Sequence record: PV764938.1
Length of the DNA stretch: 64,000 bases
Direction: 5' to 3' (one strand)
This document shows, piece by piece, positions 55,870-64,000 of the stretch; positions within the stretch are counted from its first letter, which is position 1; each line of letters begins with the position of its first letter. The notes below the pieces were generated by a model. That model searched no databases, was not told where the DNA came from, and saw nothing but the letters and a program-made list of their open reading frames with translations. The translations under genes were made by a program, and so were the position numbers.

Positions 55870-56883
55870 TTAGCTTTCGTGAAACACTTTAAGCCAGCAT
55901 TCGCTCATTGTGCGGTACTCTGGCTGCAAATAGTTCTGAGGGATCGGACCCAAGCTGCACTTGTTGAAGTGTTGGCAGCTTAGACAGCCATAGTCGGAAA
56001 GCCAGCGTTCTTCCATCGCTTGGAATGTGATACCCGGATCATCGAAGATCTTACCCTCTAGTGTGGTATCGCAGAATCCGGAAATCTTATGACCGGCATT
56101 CTCGGTATGCTGATATAGGCTATCGTTTACAGGCTGTCGCAGGAGGCCAGAGATAGGATTGGAGCGTGGGTACTTGCGGGCTAGTAGCTGGAACATCGCA
56201 AGCAAGTCCTGGTCCGTAGGAGCGTTTACGGCTTTGTTCCGTTCGAGCTGATAGAAATCAAACGCACAGAAATACTTCTCGTAAAGGGAATCGAAATATG
56301 CGGTATCGCCGGATAGGAACTTTCGAATGTTCGGACGAGTCATCGTGATGTTGATGGCGCGAATATCACTGCCGTAGATTTCAACGTTGCGGGCAAATAT
56401 CTCGTGATTCTCACGGCTGAAGCGGCTGACCGGATCGTAGGAGACCATGAGGTTGGCCTCACAAACATCGGTCTCCAAACGCGCAAATAGATCCTTAACT
56501 CGATCGGTTTTCGAATGAACTAGATTGGATCCCCAGGCAATGTCAACGCGGATGCCTACGCAATTGGCGAAATCCTCGACAATGCGGGCAAAGTCGTAAT
56601 AGTCCTCGAACACGCTATCCGGAACAGCATCCGAAAAGAGTTCTCCGCCCTGCACATTGAGAGTGATTTGAGTTTTTCCGGCGTCGTTGAATCGGTTGAT
56701 GGATTCTCGCACATCGGCGAGTCTATCCATAATCGTATCCATGCCGGACTTGTCATCGTGATCCTGTGGACAAAAGCTACAAGCCAAGTTACAGTGTTCA
56801 AACAGGACGACAGCTATTTCCCCATGTGTGCTTCGTTTGTGCCGCATGAGGTGGTCAATTAATTGCGATGCCATATTGGTCAT
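55870..56883 (-). CDS. Radical SAM protein with C-terminal Cys cluster (SPASM/twitch-like)
   Basis: CNLACSFC, QGGELF, CLSCQHFNKC...EC; GTAAATA on the minus strand at 56909-56915. Confidence 0.85.
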   Translation of the reverse strand: MTNMASQLIDHLMRHKRSTHGEIAVVLFEHCNLACSFCPQDHDDKSGMDTIMDRLADVRESINRFNDAGKTQITLNVQGGELFSDAVPDSVFEDYYDFARIVEDFANCVGIRVDIAWGSNLVHSKTDRVKDLFARLETDVCEANLMVSYDPVSRFSRENHEIFARNVEIYGSDIRAINITMTRPNIRKFLSGDTAYFDSLYEKYFCAFDFYQLERNKAVNAPTDQDLLAMFQLLARKYPRSNPISGLLRQPVNDSLYQHTENAGHKISGFCDTTLEGKIFDDPGITFQAMEERWLSDYGCLSCQHFNKCSLGPIPQNYLQPEYRTMSECWLKVFHES

Positions 56884-57019
56884 TTTCTGGCTAAATAAAC
56901 AGCGTACATATTTACGCGAGCGAGGAATGGATTGTCAACCAGTTCTACTAAAATATTGACGTTTCAGTTCCTGATTTACTAAAATGCAACATAACGAAAA
57001 TCCTAATAGGAGAAACTCT

Positions 57020-57262
57020 ATGACTGCAGAAGCAGCACCTCAGATCACGATCAACGACCTACAGAATGTTGTCAAGGTTATTGATGCAGCGGCTGAACGT
57101 GGCGCCTTTAAGGGCAACGAACTGACGGCTGTTGGAGCCGTTCGCGATAAGGTAGCAAACTTCCTCGCGGCAATCCCAACGGATGAAAACGCAGAAACCC
57201 CTGCTGAAGAAGCTGAAGCCGCTTCCGAAGCAAAGCCTACTCGTCGCAAGTCGAAGGCATAA
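57020..57262 (+). CDS. Conserved phage hypothetical protein
   Basis: AGGAG RBS; INDLQNVVKVIDAAAERGAFKGNEL. Confidence 0.75.
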   Translation: MTAEAAPQITINDLQNVVKVIDAAAERGAFKGNELTAVGAVRDKVANFLAAIPTDENAETPAEEAEAASEAKPTRRKSKA

Positions 57263-57271
57263 GGAGAAACA

Positions 57272-57907
57272 ATGGCTGAAATTACCAAACACGTAGGTAA
57301 GACTTCGAATACGGATCGTCGTATTGTTGTCGTCTACATGCAGATTCCAGGTCGTGAAGATCACGCACTGGTTGTTGACACGGATGCTCTACCGTCCCGT
57401 TTCCACGATGACCTTATGGCTGTGGTTCAGGGCGAAGGCCAGCACGTTACGGTTCTTGCAGACCTTCTGGGTCGTCGCATCATGCCGTATTCGGGTGCTG
57501 ACATGCTGAGCACGCTTCATTCGGCTAATGCTTTGCAGGCAGTTCCTGTTGCCAACATCATCATGCTGCCGCAGCCGAACCAGGGTATTCCACTGGCCAC
57601 AATTCTTCAGCACATGGGCAAGACCGCTCCTGTTGAAGAGGTCAAGGAAACTGTGTATCGCGATAACCGAATCGTTGAGAACCAGGAAATCGACCGCAAC
57701 AATCAGCAGTATCAGATTGCCGCAAACATTCTCGCAGAAGCTGAACTTCTTGCTGAGGAATCCACTCGCAAGCGCGAACAGGCTTACCAGATGTATCCGG
57801 CCCTGCGTCCTGTAGCTAAGGCTCCAATCGATACAAAGATTGAAGAGACTTCGGCACCAGTGCAAGCTGTTAAGGCGAAGCGCACAACAAAGAAGAACAC
57901 AGCCTAA
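57272..57907 (+). CDS. Conserved phage hypothetical protein
   Basis: AAGGAG RBS; KHVGK...VVVY...ALVVDTDALP. Confidence 0.75.
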   Translation: MAEITKHVGKTSNTDRRIVVVYMQIPGREDHALVVDTDALPSRFHDDLMAVVQGEGQHVTVLADLLGRRIMPYSGADMLSTLHSANALQAVPVANIIMLPQPNQGIPLATILQHMGKTAPVEEVKETVYRDNRIVENQEIDRNNQQYQIAANILAEAELLAEESTRKREQAYQMYPALRPVAKAPIDTKIEETSAPVQAVKAKRTTKKNTA

Positions 57908-58173
57908 TGAGTCAACATCTCGAGGAAATCATTGAGAAAATCCGCCTGGAGCGTCAGCGTCAATTTGACCTCCCAGGTTCCGAGTGGGACTCTCAAAATA
58001 GTCCTGGAGATTGGATTGCACTAGTCAACCACTACGTGAGCAAAGAAGTACGAGCCAAGGGCATCGCTCCAATGGGTGATGAATTTGAAGATTCTTTGAT
58101 CAAAGCGGCTGCGGTGATCATCGCTGCGCTTGAGCATATCCCGGATATGTCTGAAAGAGAACAGCTGATTTAA
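57907..58173 (+). CDS. MazG-like all-helical protein (putative nucleotide pyrophosphatase)
   Basis: ERQRQ...W...DW...EDSLIKAAAVIIAALE. Confidence 0.45.
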   Translation: MSQHLEEIIEKIRLERQRQFDLPGSEWDSQNSPGDWIALVNHYVSKEVRAKGIAPMGDEFEDSLIKAAAVIIAALEHIPDMSEREQLI

Positions 58174-58234
58174 ATTGACGCTCATTAACCCTGTGTGTTC
58201 TAATACCTGGAGTAGTAATATTCCAGGTATTTTT

Positions 58235-58855
58235 ATGACTATTAGCCGTGGAAAAGGGCGTGGTACCCACATCACAAAACTTCCCAGTGTAAAGCGAGTG
58301 ATGCCGCAAATCATGGCCCACAATATAGTAGGTGTTTCGCCTATGGCCGCACCGAAGGGAAACATCTTTCAAATGAGAAAAAGATATATAGGCGCAAAAG
58401 GCCCAGTAGGTATTAAAGGCCCAAAAGGAACTTCAGGAATGGCATATTCCAGCTACAATCGACGCGATCGTCTCCGCGGTCGTGGAAATATTCCGTATCA
58501 CAATCCGCTCCTTACGCAGGACCGTGTGTATCAGGTCTTCCGCTACGATATCGAAAACCAATCCGGTTATGGTATCTCTGAGGATTGTGACGAGTCCGAC
58601 TACAAGTGGGAACCAGACGAAGAAGATTTCGTCAAGGATGAAGGTTACCAATACGAGCTTGAACTCACAAACGTCGATACGCTCGAGGGTGAGCATCGCA
58701 AGATGATTCGTGCGTACCAGGATGCAATCGAGCATATGGGCGCAATGGCTCTGCTATGGCACGACCTCATGATGGATCTTGAAGCAAATCCACACCTGAA
58801 GGATCAGTTCGACAAATTCCAGATGCTGCGCAAGCTTTCCGGAGGTACGATGTGA
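58235..58855 (+). CDS. Hypothetical protein with a T4 gp23-like N-terminal motif
   Basis: VKRVMPQIMAHNIVGVSPMAAPKGNIFQMRKRY. Confidence 0.55.
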   Translation: MTISRGKGRGTHITKLPSVKRVMPQIMAHNIVGVSPMAAPKGNIFQMRKRYIGAKGPVGIKGPKGTSGMAYSSYNRRDRLRGRGNIPYHNPLLTQDRVYQVFRYDIENQSGYGISEDCDESDYKWEPDEEDFVKDEGYQYELELTNVDTLEGEHRKMIRAYQDAIEHMGAMALLWHDLMMDLEANPHLKDQFDKFQMLRKLSGGTM

Positions 58856-59127
58856 AGGATCACGAGTATTTGAGTTCAAACAGCGATCGCCGTTACCTGT
58901 GTGAGGAATACGCTAGGGATCAATGGGGTCCTGTTGTGGCCAAAGCCAATGCAAGCGCCGAGTTCTTCAAGAATGAAGCAAAACGGCTTGAGGCCGAAAA
59001 CGCAAAGTTGGCTCTCGAAGCCTCTCATGGTCGCGCTTTCCTCAAGATGATGGCGGCGATCAAAGAGAACCCAGCAGCACAGACATTCTGGGACAAAACA
59101 ATGGCTATGATGAGGCTCGTCGAGTAA
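58852..59127 (+). CDS. Hypothetical coiled-coil protein
   Basis: GGAGGT RBS; AIKENPAAQTFWDKTMAMMRL. Confidence 0.6.
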   Translation: MKDHEYLSSNSDRRYLCEEYARDQWGPVVAKANASAEFFKNEAKRLEAENAKLALEASHGRAFLKMMAAIKENPAAQTFWDKTMAMMRLVE

Positions 59128-59462
59128 TGGAAGACTACGTTAGAACACCCGAAGAGCAGATTGAGATTCTCGAAGCAAAACTCGAATACGCAGAGCGCAC
59201 CATTACTCGGCTGCAAGAGCGTGATGCGATGTATCAGGATCTTATCAAGCAATCCAATTTGGCCGATCTGCAATCGGATATGTCCGAAGAAGGTCGAGCT
59301 AAACTCATAGCAAAAGTAAGGGATACCTATGTCAAAGGACAACACATGGCAGTCCTCGAAGGAGCCATCAAAGACAACGAACTCGTCGCCGACGCCTGGA
59401 AAAAATTCATGGTTGCTCTCCGACTATGTGGATTCGACGACCCAAATCGAAGCAATGAGTGA
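59127..59462 (+). CDS. Hypothetical coiled-coil protein
   Basis: TAATG coupling; AIKDNELVADAWKKFMVALRL. Confidence 0.6.
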   Translation: MEDYVRTPEEQIEILEAKLEYAERTITRLQERDAMYQDLIKQSNLADLQSDMSEEGRAKLIAKVRDTYVKGQHMAVLEGAIKDNELVADAWKKFMVALRLCGFDDPNRSNE

Positions 59463-59844
59463 GTCGCAAATCTTGAAATACACGGCTAATATCCCTCCTA
59501 CGAATACGTTTCCCGGTGACGTTTGGGTAGACACGAGTTCCGGAAACGTATTGATGTCCACGGGCACTGGGATAACCAACGTCGGTACGTCCGTAGTAAC
59601 CGGCGGTATTGGCGCACATTCCCACACGATTGTGAATAACAATAGCATTTCGTGGGCAAGCATCAGCAATCTGGAACCCACCTATAGCTTCAAAGCGGGT
59701 GACCGTCGCGTCAGTATGACGGAGAAGGAAATCAGTAAGATCCTCACGGACAAAGAAGAACTGGACAAACTTTGTATTGAGCAGCCATCGGTACAAGAAG
59801 CGTTTACGCGCTTGCAGACCCTGATCAAGCTTTATCGTGAATAG
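59455..59844 (+). CDS. Hypothetical protein
   Basis: Overlaps the previous gene; GDVWVD motif; ends TAG TAA. Confidence 0.55.
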   Translation: MSESQILKYTANIPPTNTFPGDVWVDTSSGNVLMSTGTGITNVGTSVVTGGIGAHSHTIVNNNSISWASISNLEPTYSFKAGDRRVSMTEKEISKILTDKEELDKLCIEQPSVQEAFTRLQTLIKLYRE

Positions 59845-59902
59845 TAAACGGTAAATACTTGGTTAGGGAAAGCCTAACGTTCCTTTTTGTTAGGAGAATG
59901 CC

Positions 59903-60172
59903 ATGGCAAAGAAAAAGTATGACTACATCGATCGTTTCCTTGAGGAAGCCGATACTTACATTGTTCCGGAAGAATTCATCTCCGCAGCATGTATCACATA
60001 CTTGAATGGCGACGAGCAATATATCAGCTTCGAAGAAGCTTCCGACATCATTGCCAACGGTTCCCTGAAGGCTCAGGGCATCAAGCAGATCCGCGCGATC
60101 ATCGATATGGAAGTTGTAAAGGAAACTGTTATCGAGCTTTCTGAACACATTTTGAGCCACGCAGACTTCTAA
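59903..60172 (+). CDS. Hypothetical acidic protein
   Basis: AGGAG RBS; TAAATA upstream (about 59851). Confidence 0.65.
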   Translation: MAKKKYDYIDRFLEEADTYIVPEEFISAACITYLNGDEQYISFEEASDIIANGSLKAQGIKQIRAIIDMEVVKETVIELSEHILSHADF

Positions 60173-60206
60173 TCCGGGGCTCCACAAGTTTATTCTGTTT
60201 GGCACA

Positions 60207-60887
60207 ATGGTAGCAATACACGAACTCACTATTGGTATGGATGACCTGATTGCCGAGTTTCAAATTGACTCGGACGGGCTAATTGAAAAAGGTTTTGCGG
60301 TCGGAGATCGCCGTGACCCTCGAGTTCGCAAGCTTATCAACTATTTGGCAATTTACGCGCCAGACTCCCATGCACACCAACATTATCCTTTTGAAACCAT
60401 CAGCTTTCATCCAGCTGATGGTCTCACCTATCCTAATCCAACTATGGTCGTCGTCTATAAGATGGCACCACCTCCGGAGATCAAAGCACAATATGGAATC
60501 CCTGAGGGAAATTTCCTTCCAGGATTCGCCGTAAAGTATGATCTGGTTACCGGCACGAGCAAAGTCAAAATGGCTGACTTAGACTTCTCCAAATACAAGA
60601 TGCCGAAGCTTCCGTGGTTCACACGAGTCGGTTGGGATTTCGGTGTCGGAGTTCACTTCAGCAGCAATCCGAACGAGCAGGCGTTGGATCTCGCAGACTT
60701 CTACGTGGCTAACCCATATCGCTGGTTCATGCGTCGGGCCTTCGGGGATCGTTATCCCGAATACGCCGAGGATTTCAAGCCGGTGATTCGCGCATATGGA
60801 ATCACGACCCGAAACGGTGAAGTGGTCAAGCTAAAGCGTTATATCTACTGGAAAGACAAAGAGCTCAAGCATCTTGATCGAGCATGA
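60207..60887 (+). CDS. Hypothetical protein
   Basis: Long ORF converging on the minus-strand cluster. Confidence 0.6.
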   Translation: MVAIHELTIGMDDLIAEFQIDSDGLIEKGFAVGDRRDPRVRKLINYLAIYAPDSHAHQHYPFETISFHPADGLTYPNPTMVVVYKMAPPPEIKAQYGIPEGNFLPGFAVKYDLVTGTSKVKMADLDFSKYKMPKLPWFTRVGWDFGVGVHFSSNPNEQALDLADFYVANPYRWFMRRAFGDRYPEYAEDFKPVIRAYGITTRNGEVVKLKRYIYWKDKELKHLDRA

Positions 60888-61290
60888 ACTCCGATACAAA
60901 GTAGGATTCCACATCGGGAATCTCACCCAACGTTAGATCAAAATCCCAACCAAATACCTCTAGAATTGCATCGTATACGTGGGATGCTTCCGAGTAGCGT
61001 GTGAAGTATGGATCGTTTCCATGAAGCAGATCCGGATCGTCAAGTACCTCGAGTGGATTCTCCCCGAAGTGGTCACGAAGCAGACGTGAATAGACAATCG
61101 CAACAAAGTAGGATTTCGCCGGATAAACGACCTTCTCGGGAACCCATCCACTCATGTAGCGGCAAACAGTTTCGATGATTGGTGTTGCCCAAGTTTGTTC
61201 CATCATCTCGATATCATCGGGACCATACTCATCAGGATGAGAACGATTCAAACGATGATAGAGTTCCTGCCTAATCTTCCATTCTTTCAT
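60865..61290 (-). CDS. Radical-SAM-cluster partner protein of unknown function
   Basis: MKEWKIRQELYH start overlaps the rSAM stop; YPAKSYFVAIVY, LDDPDLL.GNDPYF. Confidence 0.65.
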   Translation of the reverse strand: MKEWKIRQELYHRLNRSHPDEYGPDDIEMMEQTWATPIIETVCRYMSGWVPEKVVYPAKSYFVAIVYSRLLRDHFGENPLEVLDDPDLLHGNDPYFTRYSEASHVYDAILEVFGWDFDLTLGEIPDVESYFVSEFMLDQDA

Positions 61291-62191
61291 CGCGGTACCA
61301 ATCCAAAAGACCTTTGAAACCATTGCAGGAATTGTCCATGTTGCGGACTTCCCGAAGGTGTTCACTCAAACATTTACCAAAATATTCACAGCTTGAACAG
61401 GTGCCATTCGCAGAGACTCGTGCTTTCTCACGCTTGGTCCAATCCCTGTATTGCCAAAGATCATCAAGCTCCAAGAAGAACTCGTTATCGTCTGCGTCAA
61501 ACTCCAAGACACCAAACTTACCCGAAGGCGTGATATAGATGTGGTCGTCCGAGAAACTATTCGAGAGGCCCAAAAGAGCATCCTCGACGAGGAATTCGTT
61601 AACAAATTCAAAGCGTTTCTTCGGATACTCGATCCACTTCTTGACGAACTCTTCAAAGTCCTTGAAGGTTACATCATCGGCGTTGGCCTGATTCGTGCTG
61701 TAGGGCTTGATCTCCACGGACTTCACATTCGTGAAAAGATTCAACTCGGATATCATCAAGCCGATATCCTTTTGCAGAATTCCCTTGCTTGCGAGGATCA
61801 GCACGGAGAAATGCTTTTCGAGTGCCAGCATATTGTTTCGGACACTCGTCGATGCCTGCCGCACGTCGAAGTCGTAGGAAACCGAAAGCTCAATATCGTC
61901 GTCTAGGAAGCCCTTGTGAATCCGAGACAGATTAGTGATGACATTGATGGGACCCGAATAATGCTTGCGGATCACAGCTTTCAGTTCGTACCACTTTTGC
62001 TCGGACATGAGTCCGACTTCACCACCATATAGATCAAGTGCGGTGATCAGTTGAAACTCGTTGAGTTCCTTTAGTCGAGTATCCAAGATATCCAAGCGAA
62101 TACTCTTGGGATCACCAAGCTGCTCGTTGGTCAGATAGCAGAAGCTGCAACGGAAGTTACAGAAGTACGTGGGGTTCAAGCTTACTTTCAT
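61271..62191 (-). CDS. Radical SAM protein with C-terminal Cys cluster
   Basis: CNFRCSFC, LYGGEV, CSSCEYFGKC...SCNG; ATGA coupling. Confidence 0.88.
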   Translation of the reverse strand: MKVSLNPTYFCNFRCSFCYLTNEQLGDPKSIRLDILDTRLKELNEFQLITALDLYGGEVGLMSEQKWYELKAVIRKHYSGPINVITNLSRIHKGFLDDDIELSVSYDFDVRQASTSVRNNMLALEKHFSVLILASKGILQKDIGLMISELNLFTNVKSVEIKPYSTNQANADDVTFKDFEEFVKKWIEYPKKRFEFVNEFLVEDALLGLSNSFSDDHIYITPSGKFGVLEFDADDNEFFLELDDLWQYRDWTKREKARVSANGTCSSCEYFGKCLSEHLREVRNMDNSCNGFKGLLDWYRDERMED

Positions 62192-63273
62192 GCGAGTCCA
62201 TTGACCTCCAGGATGTCCGTAGCAAGCGTTTTCATCGTCCGGCAGTGCTGGTCTACCAGATTCGCTTCCTTCAAGTCCTTGACTGTTTTACGGCATCCAT
62301 TGCAAATTGCAAACATTGGACAGCTATAGCACTCGTGCTTCATGGAATCCAAATTAATATCGTCCTGCAGCGGTGTGAAAAACTCACCCTCGAGGACTTC
62401 CTTTTGGAAATCGATTGGCTTGTCACGGTCATCACCGAAAGCACCGCAACTGTAATAGTCGCCACCGGGCTGAAGCGTACGAATACCTTCGTCGCACTTG
62501 CGGTTTTGTGGGCAGATTGTCGGATGATCCTTGAGACGTTTGGTCATCTGCTTCGTGTTGAATTCCCAGGGCGTCAATCCGGCTTTGTGAATGTCCACGT
62601 AAATCTTGTAGATCTTCGACAAGATATATGGATTGCCGGATTGTCCCATTTTATGTCCGGTGCGTGGATCCACAATGATGTCACCGGAAGCCATCGCATA
62701 ATTGAGTTTACACTCGACGCCATGCTTCTGTCCGTCTTCGTCAATATAGGCGGGTTTGCCGTCGGACATTTCGCGAGCCAGCTCAACGTTCTTGATCGCA
62801 AGGTGTTCGTTCTCGTCGGTCACCACGCTGATAAAGTCGGGACGATATCCAACATGCTCAAGCATTGCGTTGGAGACTTCCCATAGATCTTGCTCCGTGA
62901 ACAGTGACAAGTCGCCCTTGACACGTCCGGGACCGTAATTGAAGCTAGTTGCGACACCCATACGTGGATGTTGAAACAGCTTGGTCCACTTCTTCGGGTT
63001 TTTCAAGAACGGCCACAAATTGCTTGTGAAGCTGATGCTTGCACGATACTCGTGTTTGTCTAGGTGATCGATGAGTTGCCAGTAATACTGGGGCGGAACC
63101 ATCAGAGGATCACCGCCGTTTACGATGATCGTACTCGTATGAGGGAACCGTTTGAGGAACTGATAAATGCGCTCAAGATCCAACGTCTGCGCGGAATGAG
63201 CAGCGATTTTTGTGCTAGAGCAGAACGTGCATTTGAAATTGCAGAGCTCAGTGGGTTTAATAATCAGGTCCAT
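62188..63273 (-). CDS. Radical SAM/SPASM-domain protein
   Basis: GAGG RBS; MDLIIKPTELCNFKCTFC, NGGDPL, CPQNRKC, YYSCG, CYSCPMFAICNGC...HC. Confidence 0.9.
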   Translation of the reverse strand: MDLIIKPTELCNFKCTFCSSTKIAAHSAQTLDLERIYQFLKRFPHTSTIIVNGGDPLMVPPQYYWQLIDHLDKHEYRASISFTSNLWPFLKNPKKWTKLFQHPRMGVATSFNYGPGRVKGDLSLFTEQDLWEVSNAMLEHVGYRPDFISVVTDENEHLAIKNVELAREMSDGKPAYIDEDGQKHGVECKLNYAMASGDIIVDPRTGHKMGQSGNPYILSKIYKIYVDIHKAGLTPWEFNTKQMTKRLKDHPTICPQNRKCDEGIRTLQPGGDYYSCGAFGDDRDKPIDFQKEVLEGEFFTPLQDDINLDSMKHECYSCPMFAICNGCRKTVKDLKEANLVDQHCRTMKTLATDILEVNGLA

Positions 63274-63280
63274 TTTCGCC

Positions 63281-64000
63281 TCAGTAGGACTCGTACGTTT
63301 CCAACTTAAACATGCTCTCGATACGCAGGAGGTCATCGTAGCCGGGATAACCGGCTTCACCAATCTTCGTCTTGAGCTTTGCCACTGGGATACGGCCGCA
63401 ACAGGATAACGCATATACGGGATCAAAATCCGGATCAAGGTATTTTAGCGGGCCGATATGATCGTAGAAGTATTGAATAAGCTCGGCTTCAACTCCACCG
63501 AGATCCTGCCCGAAGGGGATCATGAATCCGCTGCCCAGCATAGTCGGAGGACCGAAACGCTTGAGCTTGACAGGCTCATAGGCGTTCTCGACTGCACCGA
63601 ATCGCAAGATATTGTGCCACGGCATATCCGCGTAAGTGAGTTCCGCATACACAGTTCCCGGTACGATATCCATCGTCGTAAACTGTAGCCACGACTCATC
63701 AAACTTGCGAGCAAAGTGCGGATCCGGCACATGGATGATTTGCCCGAAAGATGAGCCCTCGTTGCCGTTGTTGAACTCATTGTCCTGCACGTTATCCAAG
63801 AAGAACATTACGCGCTTGAGTGAGTCCATGATCGCCTTGACTTTATAGGCGCGATCGAGTGTTCCGAGTTTTCCCTCGCTCAGCAGCTTGTTGAGGTCAC
63901 GAAGCAATTTTGTTCCATGAGCCGGTTTCAGTTTACCGAAGGGCAGCTTTTGGAACTCGTGATTGATCTCTGCGAGTTGATTTCGGATCGTAGACCACAG
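63281..64000 (-). CDS. Hypothetical protein in the radical SAM operon (5' end beyond the window)
   Basis: The frame stays open to position 64000 (LWSTIRNQ...LLRDLNKLL...). Confidence 0.6.
   Translation of the reverse strand: MWSTIRNQLAEINHEFQKLPFGKLKPAHGTKLLRDLNKLLSEGKLGTLDRAYKVKAIMDSLKRVMFFLDNVQDNEFNNGNEGSSFGQIIHVPDPHFARKFDESWLQFTTMDIVPGTVYAELTYADMPWHNILRFGAVENAYEPVKLKRFGPPTMLGSGFMIPFGQDLGGVEAELIQYFYDHIGPLKYLDPDFDPVYALSCCGRIPVAKLKTKIGEAGYPGYDDLLRIESMFKLETYESY

Noticed and set aside
1415-63438. Longer ORF-track starts for clpA (1415), thyA (4141), phosphoesterase (36485), vWA (40604) and rSAM (63438)
   Set aside because: They overlap upstream genes and lack an RBS; downstream starts match RBS positions and domain boundaries.
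1-64000. Genome-wide TAG reassignment (code 15-type recoding)
   Set aside because: All long conserved genes are open in code 11, and TAG ends genes at sensible C-termini (e.g. CysRS); only local readthrough is supported.

Overview
This window is a gene-dense segment of a large T4-related (jumbo) myovirus genome, almost all on the + strand. The host is unresolved; the ThyA, DHFR and CysRS sequences look alphaproteobacterial (inference). Contents in order: (1) host-like proteostasis and nucleotide genes (DnaJ, peptide deformylase, ClpA, ThyA, DHFR); (2) a block of Gly/Thr/Ala-rich virion fibre proteins, including a collagen-like fibre, and a holin-like gene; (3) NAD-dependent DNA ligase, family B DNA polymerase and a clamp-like protein; (4) a 7-deazaguanine pathway (QueD-like, FolE, QueE) interleaved with a GT-B glycosyltransferase resembling the queuosine mannosyltransferase QTMAN/GTDC1; (5) RNase H-like nuclease, phosphoesterase, glutaredoxin and a MoxR-AAA/vWA pair; (6) a tRNA-repair/translation module (Rnl1, R2K-type ATP-grasp, CysRS, a CUA-anticodon tRNA, a GlyRS-like catalytic core without an anticodon-binding domain, Pth2, Pnkp); (7) minus-strand radical SAM genes. 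The strongest unexplained signal is a possible amber-gated expression system. A perfect cloverleaf amber-suppressor tRNA (47983-48058) lies about 4.5 kb upstream of a peptidyl-tRNA hydrolase whose only good start (AGGAG-N8-ATG, 52491) is followed by an in-frame TAG at codon 4, upstream of the conserved domain. A second TAG-containing leader ORF overlaps an RBS-occluding hairpin (51616-51714). All family assignments come from motif recognition only; no database searches were run.
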